Numbered from the stretch's first letter, positions 7,318 through 16,696 are shown. The stretch: DNA of 32,000 bases from Ruminococcus albus 7 = DSM 20455 (GCF_000179635.2 NC_014825.1:210001-242000); one strand, 5' to 3'. The notes: a model not told the origin generated them from the sequence alone. Numbers and translations: made by a program.

Positions 7318-9408
7318 TCACTCCTCCTTTGGCTTGCGTCTGCGCGTCTTTGCGTACTCCACAAACTTGAGGTTGACATACTCACCGCTGTCATCAAGCT
7401 CAAACACAGCAGCATACTTGTTGCCCTTGCTTGAAGTACAATTACGGAGCGTCACCTTGCCGTTAGCAAGCAGCTCGCTTATCTCGGCAGCCTTGTAATT
7501 TCTGCCGATACGCTTGTCATGCTTGTAAATGAAGAAATCGCAGTCCTCACCATTGGAGCAGAAAAACGCCTTCTTACCCTCACGGATAGGGCTGCCGCAC
7601 CACGGACACTTGCCGATCTCGACAGGCTGTTCTGCCGCAGTATCTGCATCCTCCATATCTTCGGCAGCGGTATCCACCGTCACCTCTTCGCTTTCGATCA
7701 CATCATTCACATTCTTGATTATTTCACCCATAAAGTCCTCCTCTCCGCACTTGCCCGATTCTATGTCAGAGAGCATCTGTTCCCAGTGTGCAGTAAGCTC
7801 CGGTGACTTGATATTTTCGGGAAGCGCATTCACATAATTTTTACCGAAATCGGTAATGTATAACTGCTTTTTCTTGCGGTAAATGTACTTTGCAGAAATA
7901 AGACCTTCGATAATAGAAGCTCTTGTCGCAGGCGTCCCAAGACCGCGCTCTTTAACAAAAGGCTTTAAATCCTTATCGTCGATGCGGCGGTCAATGTTCT
8001 CCATAACAGCAAGCAAACTTGCTTCGGTGAAGTGTGCAGGCGGCTTTGTCGAGCATTCGCGCACCTCAGCACTGTTTACAAGAACAGCCTGCCCCTTGTC
8101 ATAAGAGATCATCGCCCCGGTGTCCCTGCAATTGTTGTATGCTCTCCACCCAAGCTCGATAGGCAGCTTGGTCGTGAGCTTAAATATCTCACCCTCGACC
8201 TCGAACTCATAACGCTTTTCAAGATAGGTGTAGGGCATATCAAGCGCCGACAAAAAACGGTTAATGACAAGAAGAACTACCTTCTTTTCCTCCTCGTTAA
8301 GGTCAGATGAATCCAGCCAACCTATAAGGTTTGTAGGGATAATAGCATGGTGGTCGGTTATCTTCTCATTGTTCACGACCCGCTTATCAAGGTTAAGCCC
8401 CTGAGAAAGCAGTTTGTCCGTCCTCTCCTTATCGTAGCTTGCAAGGCATTTCACAACACTTTCGGCATAAGGCTTCATATCCTCGGAAATACAACAACTG
8501 TCTGTCCTCGGATATGTCAGCAGCTTCTTTTCGTATAAGCTTTGTGCCGCTTTCAAAGTAGCCGCCGCTGTCATGCCGTATATGTCATTTGCTTCTCTCT
8601 GTAATGATGTCAGGCTGTGAAGTAATGGGCGGTTCTCTTTCTTTTCCTCTCCGACCGCAAAGCATACAACAGCCTCCTTGCCGCTGCATTTGTTTGCAAC
8701 AGCTTCGGCTTCCTCTCTTGTGTCAAAAGTACGGGAACACTCTGCACCGTTATCAAGAACCACCTTGAAATACGGCTTTTTCTCGAATGCCGCTATCTGC
8801 GCTTCACGCTCGGCAATGATGTTGAGAACAGTATTCTTGACCCTGCCGGACTTGTGGTGCTGATCTGTTTTAAGGCTGTAATATCGGGACAGATTCATAC
8901 CGAATATCCAGTCGGATTTTGCTCTGGCGTATCCCGCACGATACATATTATCGAAAACAGATGAATCCATAAGATTATCCATACCGTCTTTTATCGCTTC
9001 ATCTGTAAGAGAGCTTATCCACAGCCGCTTGACGGGCTTTGTGCAGCCAATATACTGATAAATATATCTGAATATGCACTCGCCTTCGCGCCCCGCGTCA
9101 CAGGCATTTATGATCTCGGTCACATCGTTACGGAGAAACAGATTTTTAAGAAAAGCTATCTGCGAACCGTAACCATTTATAGGAAACAGTTTGAAATCGG
9201 GTATCATGGGCAGGTCTTTCAGCGACCACTTTTTGTAGCCGTAGTCCTCCGGATAGCCGATACTCACCAAATGACCTATTGCATTGGTGACGATATATCC
9301 GTTACCATGCCAGTAGAAACGCTTGCCCTCGGAAATCTTTTCGGTTGCTCCCACGCAATAGGCGGTCGTCAACGCGACGGAGGGCTTCTCACAAAGTATC
9401 AGGCGCAA
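7318..9408 (-). CDS. topB: Type IA DNA topoisomerase (topoisomerase III-like) with C-terminal zinc ribbon
   Basis: Toprim-like ACDAGREGE. Active-site LTYPRTDS (Tyr codon 8512-8514). C-terminal CPWCGS..CSNGEDC. TTG start at 9408 with GAAAGGTG upstream. 696 aa. Confidence 0.93.
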   Translation of the reverse strand: MRLILCEKPSVALTTAYCVGATEKISEGKRFYWHGNGYIVTNAIGHLVSIGYPEDYGYKKWSLKDLPMIPDFKLFPINGYGSQIAFLKNLFLRNDVTEIINACDAGREGECIFRYIYQYIGCTKPVKRLWISSLTDEAIKDGMDNLMDSSVFDNMYRAGYARAKSDWIFGMNLSRYYSLKTDQHHKSGRVKNTVLNIIAEREAQIAAFEKKPYFKVVLDNGAECSRTFDTREEAEAVANKCSGKEAVVCFAVGEEKKENRPLLHSLTSLQREANDIYGMTAAATLKAAQSLYEKKLLTYPRTDSCCISEDMKPYAESVVKCLASYDKERTDKLLSQGLNLDKRVVNNEKITDHHAIIPTNLIGWLDSSDLNEEEKKVVLLVINRFLSALDMPYTYLEKRYEFEVEGEIFKLTTKLPIELGWRAYNNCRDTGAMISYDKGQAVLVNSAEVRECSTKPPAHFTEASLLAVMENIDRRIDDKDLKPFVKERGLGTPATRASIIEGLISAKYIYRKKKQLYITDFGKNYVNALPENIKSPELTAHWEQMLSDIESGKCGEEDFMGEIIKNVNDVIESEEVTVDTAAEDMEDADTAAEQPVEIGKCPWCGSPIREGKKAFFCSNGEDCDFFIYKHDKRIGRNYKAAEISELLANGKVTLRNCTSSKGNKYAAVFELDDSGEYVNLKFVEYAKTRRRKPKEE

Positions 9409-9950
9409 GGGAAATCACACACCTTTCCGAGAAACTCCCTTGCGTTCCTGAGCCTGTCCGCAAGCTGAACGCCGAGAGCGATCATAAAGTCTATCGTGCA
9501 AAAGTCCTCTATGTAGTCACACTCTACACGATAAACGGAAGTCATATCACGGTCGGAAACAGTAACAGAATACACGGGGATCACCATGTCGGCATTGACG
9601 TCATAGATAATATCATAACCGCGCTCGATGAGCTTTTCACCATCATCGGTTGCAGAAATATCTGTCTGAATGGTCGCAAGGTGTACCGCCTCGCAGCTTA
9701 TAACACTGTTGTTTACGGCGTCATCCGGCATATAATTCTTTTCGCACTCGCCCTTGATCGTCAGATCGTATCTGTTTATACAGGTAACGGGCAGAACGCC
9801 GTTTCTGATGCCGCGAAGCTGGGCGAAAACCGTGTCAAGCATATTTCTCACTTCCTCGTCCATATACTCATACTGGCACTCGTCCTGCTCCATGCAGAAG
9901 TTGAAAACCGCGTCCATCAGCTTGTTGGTCATAGTTATAAATCTCATCAT
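9399..9950 (-). CDS. Highly acidic, Cys-rich hypothetical protein (183 aa)
   Basis: Track ORF. AAGGA lies 8 nt before ATGATG. By my count 33 D/E versus 16 K/R. Overlaps the topB start by 10 nt. The antisense 208-aa plus-strand ORF looks like a shadow ORF. Confidence 0.6.
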   Translation of the reverse strand: MMRFITMTNKLMDAVFNFCMEQDECQYEYMDEEVRNMLDTVFAQLRGIRNGVLPVTCINRYDLTIKGECEKNYMPDDAVNNSVISCEAVHLATIQTDISATDDGEKLIERGYDIIYDVNADMVIPVYSVTVSDRDMTSVYRVECDYIEDFCTIDFMIALGVQLADRLRNAREFLGKVCDFPCA

Positions 9951-9980
9951 ATATTATTCCTTTCAAAATAGGTGATAGCT

Positions 9981-10002
9981 CCCTGCGGAGAGCTCCGCAG
10001 GG
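9981..10002 (-). terminator. GC-rich stem-loop (CCCTGCGGAG / CTCCGCAGGG) between the adhesin stop and the next gene; weak terminator or attenuator, or an mRNA-stabilising hairpin
   Basis: 10-nt perfect inverted arms separated by 2 nt, so the effective stem is 8-9 bp. On the minus RNA only UAUUUUG follows, about 10 nt downstream. Confidence 0.3.
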
Positions 10003-10019
10003 CTATCCGTTTTAAGTTC

Positions 10020-13000
10020 TTAAAGGTTAGAATAATAGTCCTCGTTCTCGTCGTCCTTATCCCTGCGAATAAGCATACTAACTAAAAGCAGTGCGCCAGC
10101 ACAAGCAAGGATAATTGCCGCCTTGTTGGAAACTTCGGGCGATCCGGTGTGAGGATTAATTGTGGTCGTACCGCCGCTTGGAGTGTTGGAATGAGGTGTG
10201 TCGCTGTGAGGAGTGTCCTCGTGAGGGGTATCTCCGTGAGAGCTGTCATCGCCGTGCGAGTCGTCGTGAGGAGTATCATCATGGGGAGTATCCTCGGTGG
10301 GAGTGTACTCGTCATACATAATGACTTCGGTAACGCTGCCGTCCTCGTTGACCTTGAAGGTAATGTCCTGTGCTATCTCATAGCCTTCGGGAGCGATTGT
10401 TTCGCGCAGAGTGTATTCTTTGCCGACTATCAGCTTACCCTCGATGATATGTTCCTCGTCGGTAGATACCCATTCCTCAATGATCTCATCGCCGTCAAGT
10501 ATCTGTAAGGTAGCACCGGGCAGCTCCTCGCCGGTGGTTATATCACGCTTGGAAATATGAACCTTTGTGGTATCGTCATACATAACGACCTCGGTAACAG
10601 TGCCGTCCTCGTTTACGGTAAACTCAACGTCATTGGCGATAACATAGCCGTCCGCAGGAACAGTCTCATGCAGAGTGTATGTCGAGCCTGCAATCAGAAC
10701 AGCCTCGATATAATGAGCTTCATTTGTAGAAACCCATTCCTCTATAACTGTGCCGTCCTTGATTATCTGTAATGTAGCACCCGCAAGCTCTTCATCATTG
10801 GTGATGTCACGCTTGGAAATGCGTACCTTTGTGGTATCGTCGTACATAGTCACCTTGTCGATCTCGCCGTTGTCGGAAACCGTAAAGGTAACATCACTCG
10901 CAACTACATATCCATCGGGAGAAACTTCTTCATGCAGCGTGTAAGTGCCGCCCGAAATAAGCTGTCCCTCGATGACGTGAGCTTCATTTGTGCTTGTCCA
11001 CTTGTCGATAACATTACCCTCGCTGTTGATAAGCTGAAGCTCCGCGCCCGCTATCTCCTTTTCTCCGGTAATATCGACCTTTGTGATATGGACCTTAGTG
11101 GTATCGTCATACATAACCGCCTTATCAATGGTGCCGTTGTCGGAAACCGTAAAGGTCACATCGTTTGCTACCACATATCCATTGGGAGCATATTCCTCAT
11201 GCAGAGTATAAGTGCCGCCTGCGGTTAGAACGCCCTCGATGATGTGTGCTTCGTTGGTGCTTGTCCACTCATCAACGGTATTGCCCTCGCTGTCAACTAT
11301 TCTGAGCTTTGCACCCACAACTTCCTTAGTTCCGGTAATATCGAGCTTGGTGATATGCACCTTTGTTGTATCGTCCACCATAGTAATGGTAGAATTGCCG
11401 TTCTCGTCGGTGGAAAGCGCGTCAACATTTTCCACAGTCACTACATTGTTTTCATCAATGCTGAAATTGATTGTTGTTGCGATAACAAATCCGGCAGGGC
11501 TGGCTGTTTCTTTCAGAACATAGCTGCCGGCAGGAATATTTGTCACGGTATGGATAGTTCCGTCAGACACCCACTCGGTAAAGATATTGCCCTCGCTGTC
11601 AAGTATCTGCATTGAAGCACCTTTCAGCTCGTTTCCGTAAATATCCTTCTTGGATACGTTCAGATGTGTTGCCGAATTTATTGCGGTTATCTCAACAATC
11701 TGCTCATTTTCCGAAATAGTAACATCGTATTTCTTATCGCTGAAAACATATCCGGCAGGCGGTGCGATCTCGGTAACGATATATTTTCCGTAGGGAATTT
11801 CATCAAAACCGAAATTGCCGTTTTCATCGGAAATCGCAGTAACTATTGCACTTGCCGAATCAAAGGTTTCCGCATCAGCCTTGAACAGACCAAATACAGC
11901 GTTAGCAAGCGGCTCGTCATGCTCATTGACCTTAACGCCCTTGACCGACCCTCGCTTTATTTCGTTTACAAAAGTACCGCCGTCAATATCGACTACCTTG
12001 GTATCCTGACCTGCATACTCAAAAGTCACGATATGCTTTTCACCGCTGATGACATACTTGTCATCGGTGCTTATCTCCTGAATGTAGTATCTGCCGAAAG
12101 GCAGCTTCTGACCAAATCTTACGGTCATATCCTCGCCAACGCTTGCGTAATCCACAAGACCGTCCTTCGGGATTGAAGAACCGTTTTCAGCCACCAGCGG
12201 CTCATCGGCATACAGACCGAAAACAACATTTGCAGCATCGGAATTATCTCCAACACCATAAGTATCGTCATGCTCCATGAACTTAGTGAGATGAATTGAA
12301 ACACCCTGATAATCATTGCTGAAATCAGTATTTACTGTATCTCTGATTGCAACTTCCTGTCCTGCATAGGTCAACTCAACAGTCTGCGGCTCATGATTGT
12401 TCACATAGCCGAAAGCCGCCTTTTTCTCGGTCACGGTATATTTTCCGAGATACAGCAGCGGAGTTTCCGCATAGCCCTTATTATCGGTGGTGATAGTTGC
12501 CACAACATCGCCCTTGTTCGCTCTTACAGTTCCGTCAGCGGTGATAATATCCTCTGCCGCAGTCACCTCGAACTCTGCACCCGCGAGAAACCCGCTTGCA
12601 AAATGAGGAGTGAAGATGTTGTAGCCTGCTTCATGAACAGTGCCGTCCTCGTCTATGGATATAGCAGAACCCAGCGCAGTAACAGCGCTGAAAATCTCGC
12701 CCGTCTTGTGAACGGAAATTTTGCCCTGCTGTGAAGTATTGTCAAAGTCGATACCGAGCTTTGTATACTCAAACTCGTTACCTGCGAAGTTGAATGTAAA
12801 TGTCTTACTATCGGAATTGAGTGTGTAGCCCTCGGGAGCGTTAATCTCGGTAAGGGTATATTCAGCTCCGATATACATTTCAGCGTCACCCGAATCGGCA
12901 TGACCGTCAGCACCCGTAGTCATGGTGCAGATAAGGTCTCCTGCCTTGTGAAGCTGCTTTGACCCGATAGAGAAATCCTTAGCGGCTCTCACCTCGAAAA

Positions 13001-16000
13001 CAGCGTTAGCCAGCGGCTTTTTTGTGCCGTTGTCCATCTTGTAAACATCAAGCACACCTGTCTGAACATCATCGCTGATCGTCACCTCATGAGGGATAGT
13101 CAGCGTGTCAGCTTTCTCGGAAACCGCCGTGAACTTTGTTACATTATTCTTGGGAACAATGTACGGCTCGGGCGCGGAAGTCTCGGTTATAGCGTACTCA
13201 AAATTTGGATAGATAGGCATAACCTTTTCATAGCCCTGAGTGCCGTCGCTTGCATATTCTATATACTTTGAAGAAGCAATACCATTTGCGTCGGTCTTAA
13301 TAGTGCCGATGACCTCGCCTGCCTTCTGAACCACCTTGCCGTTGAACGAAATATCCTCGGTGGGCGCAATATCGAAAGTAACGCCCTTTACGGAATTGTC
13401 GAAAACGTCCTTCTTGTGGACTTTCAGGTCAACAAGCTGTAAGGTGTTCGGAATGTCGGCGGTGTAGGTGATTACGGGATTCGTCTTGCTCTCGATGTCG
13501 TCAAGAGTGGTGACGATCTTAATCTCCCTTGAAGCGTTGCCGTTCTCATCAAGCATGATGTACTTGTCGTTCTCACGCTCGGTTACGGTGTAAACGTTGG
13601 AGAAAGTATCTCCGTTCAGCTTGCCCAGCGGCAGCTCGGAAGCACTTGCATAACCGTTCTTGTCGGTCGTAATAGAAGTGATCGGCTTGCCGTCAAGGGT
13701 AATGTCGAAGATGATGCCCTCGATAGAAATATCATTTATTATGTCGTACTTGTTGAGTTCGATTTTCAGCTCATAAGGCTTATCCTTGACCTCATAACCG
13801 AAGTCACTGAGCTTCGAGTTCTGGAAAGTATCAAGATCGTTTCCGACAGCATTTTCACGGTTGATCTTGTAATACTCAGTGTCCTGAACATAGCCTGCCG
13901 GTGCGGTAATTTCATGCACATAGTAGTCGGTGTTCGGGATAAGGTTGTAGCTGAACTTCGCCTTACCGTCTGCGCCGGTTGTCGCGGTTTTCAGCAGTTT
14001 CTTATTGCTGTTGTAAAGACCATAGGTCGCACCCGAAAGCACGGTATCGCTATCGTCTTTCTTGGTGAGAACAAGCTCGTAGTTCACAAGTTCGTTTACG
14101 ATCTCTGCGTCAGAGTGCAGCTTGTTGCTCTCCAGCTTATTACCAGAAATGGGATAATACTTGCCCGAAGAAATAACGTACTTGCCGCCCTTGCTATCGG
14201 TAACGGTATAGCTGCTTGCGGTATCATTCTTCATCACACCGCTGATGTTTCTCTTATCGGAAACAGAGCCGAGAGTGCTGAGATTTACAGCCTTTGATAC
14301 GTCAATATCATCGTCATAGCCGTAGCCCTTTGCACCGTTCACCTCGATGAAAACTACCTCCTGCGAAACACCTGAACTGTTCAGTGGCAGCAGGTTCAGA
14401 TACACCTGACCAAAATAGTCGCAAGTATCGGAGCCGGAATAGTTATATCCTGCATCAAACACATAAGCCTTAGAAATATCGGTTGAAGTTCTGCTCATGT
14501 CAAAAGTGACATTATGGCTGCTGTCCAGCTTAGTGGGAGCATAATACATTCCGTCCCCTGACTTGTATGCGGTATCATTGAAGTTATTCAGATCATCAAG
14601 GTTTCCGCTGAAAGCGTCCTTGGCGGACAGATAGCCGTTAGTCAGGTAACGCATGGTGCTTCCGTCCCAGTAGCCGATGATGAACTTTGTGGTCTTGTAA
14701 ATGTCAGCAAGTGTCTTAATATCATCGGCATTGTCGGTGGACAGTGCCTTTCCATCACCGTTGTGAACTACCTTATCAAGCGTTGCTGTCCCGACCTTTG
14801 CGTCATAGCCCTCCTCATTGTTATTCAGCTTTACTGTTCCCGTGCCTGCATTTGTTGTAAAATCACTTGTAGGAGAGGGCAGGCTTACCGACTTGGAGAG
14901 TTTTTCATAGCGGTCATTGTCGGGAACGCTGTACTCGGTGACGGTGTAAGTCCTGCCGCTTGACATTGAAGTAGGCAGGTCGCATACAGTGAACGTACCC
15001 TTGTTGTTGGTCTTGCTCAGCGTCTTGAACTTTGTAGCGTTCACGATATTGTTGGTGTAATGGGAAAAGTAATATCCCGTTCCTGCGCTGTTCAGATCTG
15101 CTACAACATAATACTTCGTTCCGTTTATCGTAGTCGATACAACGAACGTTGTCTTGTCAAGCAGATCGGACAGCGCAGTTGCCGTGATAGCGTTATTTCC
15201 ACTGTCGGTGTAGGTCTTTTCGACTGTAAGATTTGGTTCGTTATAGCATCCTATCGCAGTATAACCCTTAACGCTGTCTATTTTGGTTGACAGCAGACAG
15301 GTCTGGTAATTGCTGCTTGCAAAAAGCGACTCACTCTCTGTCAAACCACTCATAAGCTGCATTTCGATAGCCGAAGTGCTGTAAACGCCTCCGCTTGAAG
15401 TGCTTGTGAAAGGACGCTCCTTTGACCATACCACGAACACCGAATAATCGCCGTCAGCAGAAGTATCTATGCCGTAGTCTGTGCCGTATGTGCCGCTGAA
15501 ACGTTCCTTTACCATTTCGGTCAGCTTCGACTTGAAGGTGCTGTAATTATGCTCCAGCGCGTCCTTCTTGATGAAAGCGGTCTTGATCTTGAAAGTAGCC
15601 TCATAGCGCATTTTATCGGTCTTGAACTTCATAATGCGAGGGTCTTCTTTTGCAAGTGCCGCACTCTTTTCCATTATGCCGGGGAGTGTGTAATGGGACT
15701 TTACATCTGCAACTATCGCATTGTACGCCGTTTCAACTCCCGACTTTGAGCACCAGCCGCCCGAAGGATAAGTAAAGTCGTTCCACAGAATATCGCTGCA
15801 CGTTCCGAACGTTTCGGGAGTATGCCCACGATAGCCGAGTATCAGCTCCCAGATAAGGAGCTGTGTTGCCGCGTAGTAGTTGCCGTTCTTGTGGCTCGAA
15901 TAGCCGTAATACTGCACCAGCCCCATGTACTTGGCAATATCGCCGTCCGTACCGCCGAGGGAATTCCAGTAGGCAGTCGAATCAGCCTTGAACTTGTCCG

Positions 16001-16349
16001 AGAGATCGAAAGTATCATACTCGGTAAAGCCATACTGCGTGTACCATGTGCCGGAGGGCGTACCCTGCATTGACTTCGCAGGCTCGATACAAAACGCCCA
16101 ATCGTTACCCGATGAAGGAACAAAGCGGCATAACTGCTCGCCGTACTTCACAAACTGCCCCGATACGCCGTTTGAATTGGCGTACTTGCTTGTGTAAATA
16201 GTCGGATTCACGCTGCTGTCCCATGTGTACCCGATACTGATACCGGAGCTTGCAGCCGACACAGATGTTGCAAGGGTCGATAATCCCATAGCCGCAGCCA
16301 GCGCACCGGACACGCCCCTTTTAAAGAGTTTGTTGATCTTAATATTCAA
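10020..16349 (-). CDS. Cell-wall-anchored surface adhesin (2109 aa): signal peptide, N-terminal thioester domain, many CnaB/SpaA-type Ig-like domains, His/Asp-rich stalk, sortase sorting signal
   Basis: Signal peptide MNIKINKLFKRGVSGALAAAMGLSTLATSVSA. Thioester hallmarks AFCIEP (Cys87, 16089-16091) and ATQLLIWE (Gln163, 15861-15863). C-terminal NPHTG (10143-10157) followed by hydrophobic AAIILACAGALLLVSMLI and RRDK. TTG start 16349 overlaps the upstream stop (TTGA), with AGGAGG 7 nt upstream. Confidence 0.9.
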   Translation of the reverse strand: MNIKINKLFKRGVSGALAAAMGLSTLATSVSAASSGISIGYTWDSSVNPTIYTSKYANSNGVSGQFVKYGEQLCRFVPSSGNDWAFCIEPAKSMQGTPSGTWYTQYGFTEYDTFDLSDKFKADSTAYWNSLGGTDGDIAKYMGLVQYYGYSSHKNGNYYAATQLLIWELILGYRGHTPETFGTCSDILWNDFTYPSGGWCSKSGVETAYNAIVADVKSHYTLPGIMEKSAALAKEDPRIMKFKTDKMRYEATFKIKTAFIKKDALEHNYSTFKSKLTEMVKERFSGTYGTDYGIDTSADGDYSVFVVWSKERPFTSTSSGGVYSTSAIEMQLMSGLTESESLFASSNYQTCLLSTKIDSVKGYTAIGCYNEPNLTVEKTYTDSGNNAITATALSDLLDKTTFVVSTTINGTKYYVVADLNSAGTGYYFSHYTNNIVNATKFKTLSKTNNKGTFTVCDLPTSMSSGRTYTVTEYSVPDNDRYEKLSKSVSLPSPTSDFTTNAGTGTVKLNNNEEGYDAKVGTATLDKVVHNGDGKALSTDNADDIKTLADIYKTTKFIIGYWDGSTMRYLTNGYLSAKDAFSGNLDDLNNFNDTAYKSGDGMYYAPTKLDSSHNVTFDMSRTSTDISKAYVFDAGYNYSGSDTCDYFGQVYLNLLPLNSSGVSQEVVFIEVNGAKGYGYDDDIDVSKAVNLSTLGSVSDKRNISGVMKNDTASSYTVTDSKGGKYVISSGKYYPISGNKLESNKLHSDAEIVNELVNYELVLTKKDDSDTVLSGATYGLYNSNKKLLKTATTGADGKAKFSYNLIPNTDYYVHEITAPAGYVQDTEYYKINRENAVGNDLDTFQNSKLSDFGYEVKDKPYELKIELNKYDIINDISIEGIIFDITLDGKPITSITTDKNGYASASELPLGKLNGDTFSNVYTVTERENDKYIMLDENGNASREIKIVTTLDDIESKTNPVITYTADIPNTLQLVDLKVHKKDVFDNSVKGVTFDIAPTEDISFNGKVVQKAGEVIGTIKTDANGIASSKYIEYASDGTQGYEKVMPIYPNFEYAITETSAPEPYIVPKNNVTKFTAVSEKADTLTIPHEVTISDDVQTGVLDVYKMDNGTKKPLANAVFEVRAAKDFSIGSKQLHKAGDLICTMTTGADGHADSGDAEMYIGAEYTLTEINAPEGYTLNSDSKTFTFNFAGNEFEYTKLGIDFDNTSQQGKISVHKTGEIFSAVTALGSAISIDEDGTVHEAGYNIFTPHFASGFLAGAEFEVTAAEDIITADGTVRANKGDVVATITTDNKGYAETPLLYLGKYTVTEKKAAFGYVNNHEPQTVELTYAGQEVAIRDTVNTDFSNDYQGVSIHLTKFMEHDDTYGVGDNSDAANVVFGLYADEPLVAENGSSIPKDGLVDYASVGEDMTVRFGQKLPFGRYYIQEISTDDKYVISGEKHIVTFEYAGQDTKVVDIDGGTFVNEIKRGSVKGVKVNEHDEPLANAVFGLFKADAETFDSASAIVTAISDENGNFGFDEIPYGKYIVTEIAPPAGYVFSDKKYDVTISENEQIVEITAINSATHLNVSKKDIYGNELKGASMQILDSEGNIFTEWVSDGTIHTVTNIPAGSYVLKETASPAGFVIATTINFSIDENNVVTVENVDALSTDENGNSTITMVDDTTKVHITKLDITGTKEVVGAKLRIVDSEGNTVDEWTSTNEAHIIEGVLTAGGTYTLHEEYAPNGYVVANDVTFTVSDNGTIDKAVMYDDTTKVHITKVDITGEKEIAGAELQLINSEGNVIDKWTSTNEAHVIEGQLISGGTYTLHEEVSPDGYVVASDVTFTVSDNGEIDKVTMYDDTTKVRISKRDITNDEELAGATLQIIKDGTVIEEWVSTNEAHYIEAVLIAGSTYTLHETVPADGYVIANDVEFTVNEDGTVTEVVMYDDTTKVHISKRDITTGEELPGATLQILDGDEIIEEWVSTDEEHIIEGKLIVGKEYTLRETIAPEGYEIAQDITFKVNEDGSVTEVIMYDEYTPTEDTPHDDTPHDDSHGDDSSHGDTPHEDTPHSDTPHSNTPSGGTTTINPHTGSPEVSNKAAIILACAGALLLVSMLIRRDKDDENEDYYSNL
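10180..10310 (-). repeat. 15-nt periodic coding repeat (about 8 units) encoding TPH(D/E/S)D-type pentapeptides
   Basis: Plus strand shows gtgaggagtgtcctc / gtgaggggtatctcc / gtgaggagtatcatc and similar units. The protein reads TEDTPHDDTPHDDSHGDDSSHGDTPHEDTPHSDTPHSNTP. Confidence 0.75.
10305..11380 (-). repeat. Four tandem 264-267-bp coding repeats (88-89-aa CnaB2-like domains) inside the adhesin gene
   Basis: The anchor string ggtatcgtc(a/g)tacat recurs at 10569, 10833 and 11100, with diverged copies at 10305 and about 11366. The protein units TTKVHI(T/S)K.DITG.KE..GA.L.....G.....W.ST.EAH.IEG.L..G.TYTLHE...P.GY..A.DV.FTV...G.......MYDD are highly similar to each other. Confidence 0.85.
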
Positions 16350-16696
16350 TGCTTATCCTCCTGTGATTTATTATCATGGACAGCGGCAGCCGCAGGAACA
16401 TCTTCCGGCTTTTCCGTTTCGGTGTCCATTTCTTTAGGTGTAGTTTCAGCCGAAAAATCTCCCTTTTCTATCGCAGCATTTAGAGCCGATATATCGCAGC
16501 CCTTGTCACGGACTGCCTTGTACAGATCGGCAAACTGCTCTCGCTCCAGCTTTTCTTCAAGCTCCGCTTCTTTTTTGCGGTAGATCTTCAGCATTTTCTT
16601 GTGGTACGCTATCAGCCTTACGGTGTTCTCCGTATTTTTTCTTGCACTCGCGAGCTTGGCTGATAGCTTCTCCACCCTCGCCGCTTTATCTGTCAT
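16346..16696 (-). CDS. Small coiled-coil protein (116 aa), conjugative-element accessory, function unknown
   Basis: Track ORF. Its ATG overlaps the upstream stop (ATGA). Heptad-like LSAKLASARKN..KKMLKIYRKKEAELEEKLERE with an acidic tail. Confidence 0.6.
   Translation of the reverse strand: MTDKAARVEKLSAKLASARKNTENTVRLIAYHKKMLKIYRKKEAELEEKLEREQFADLYKAVRDKGCDISALNAAIEKGDFSAETTPKEMDTETEKPEDVPAAAAVHDNKSQEDKH

Noticed and set aside
10305-11380. Regularly spaced ~265-bp repeats, considered as a possible CRISPR-like or satellite array.
   Set aside because: The period is far too long, there are no short conserved repeats with unique spacers, and the units are in-frame protein domains of the adhesin ORF.
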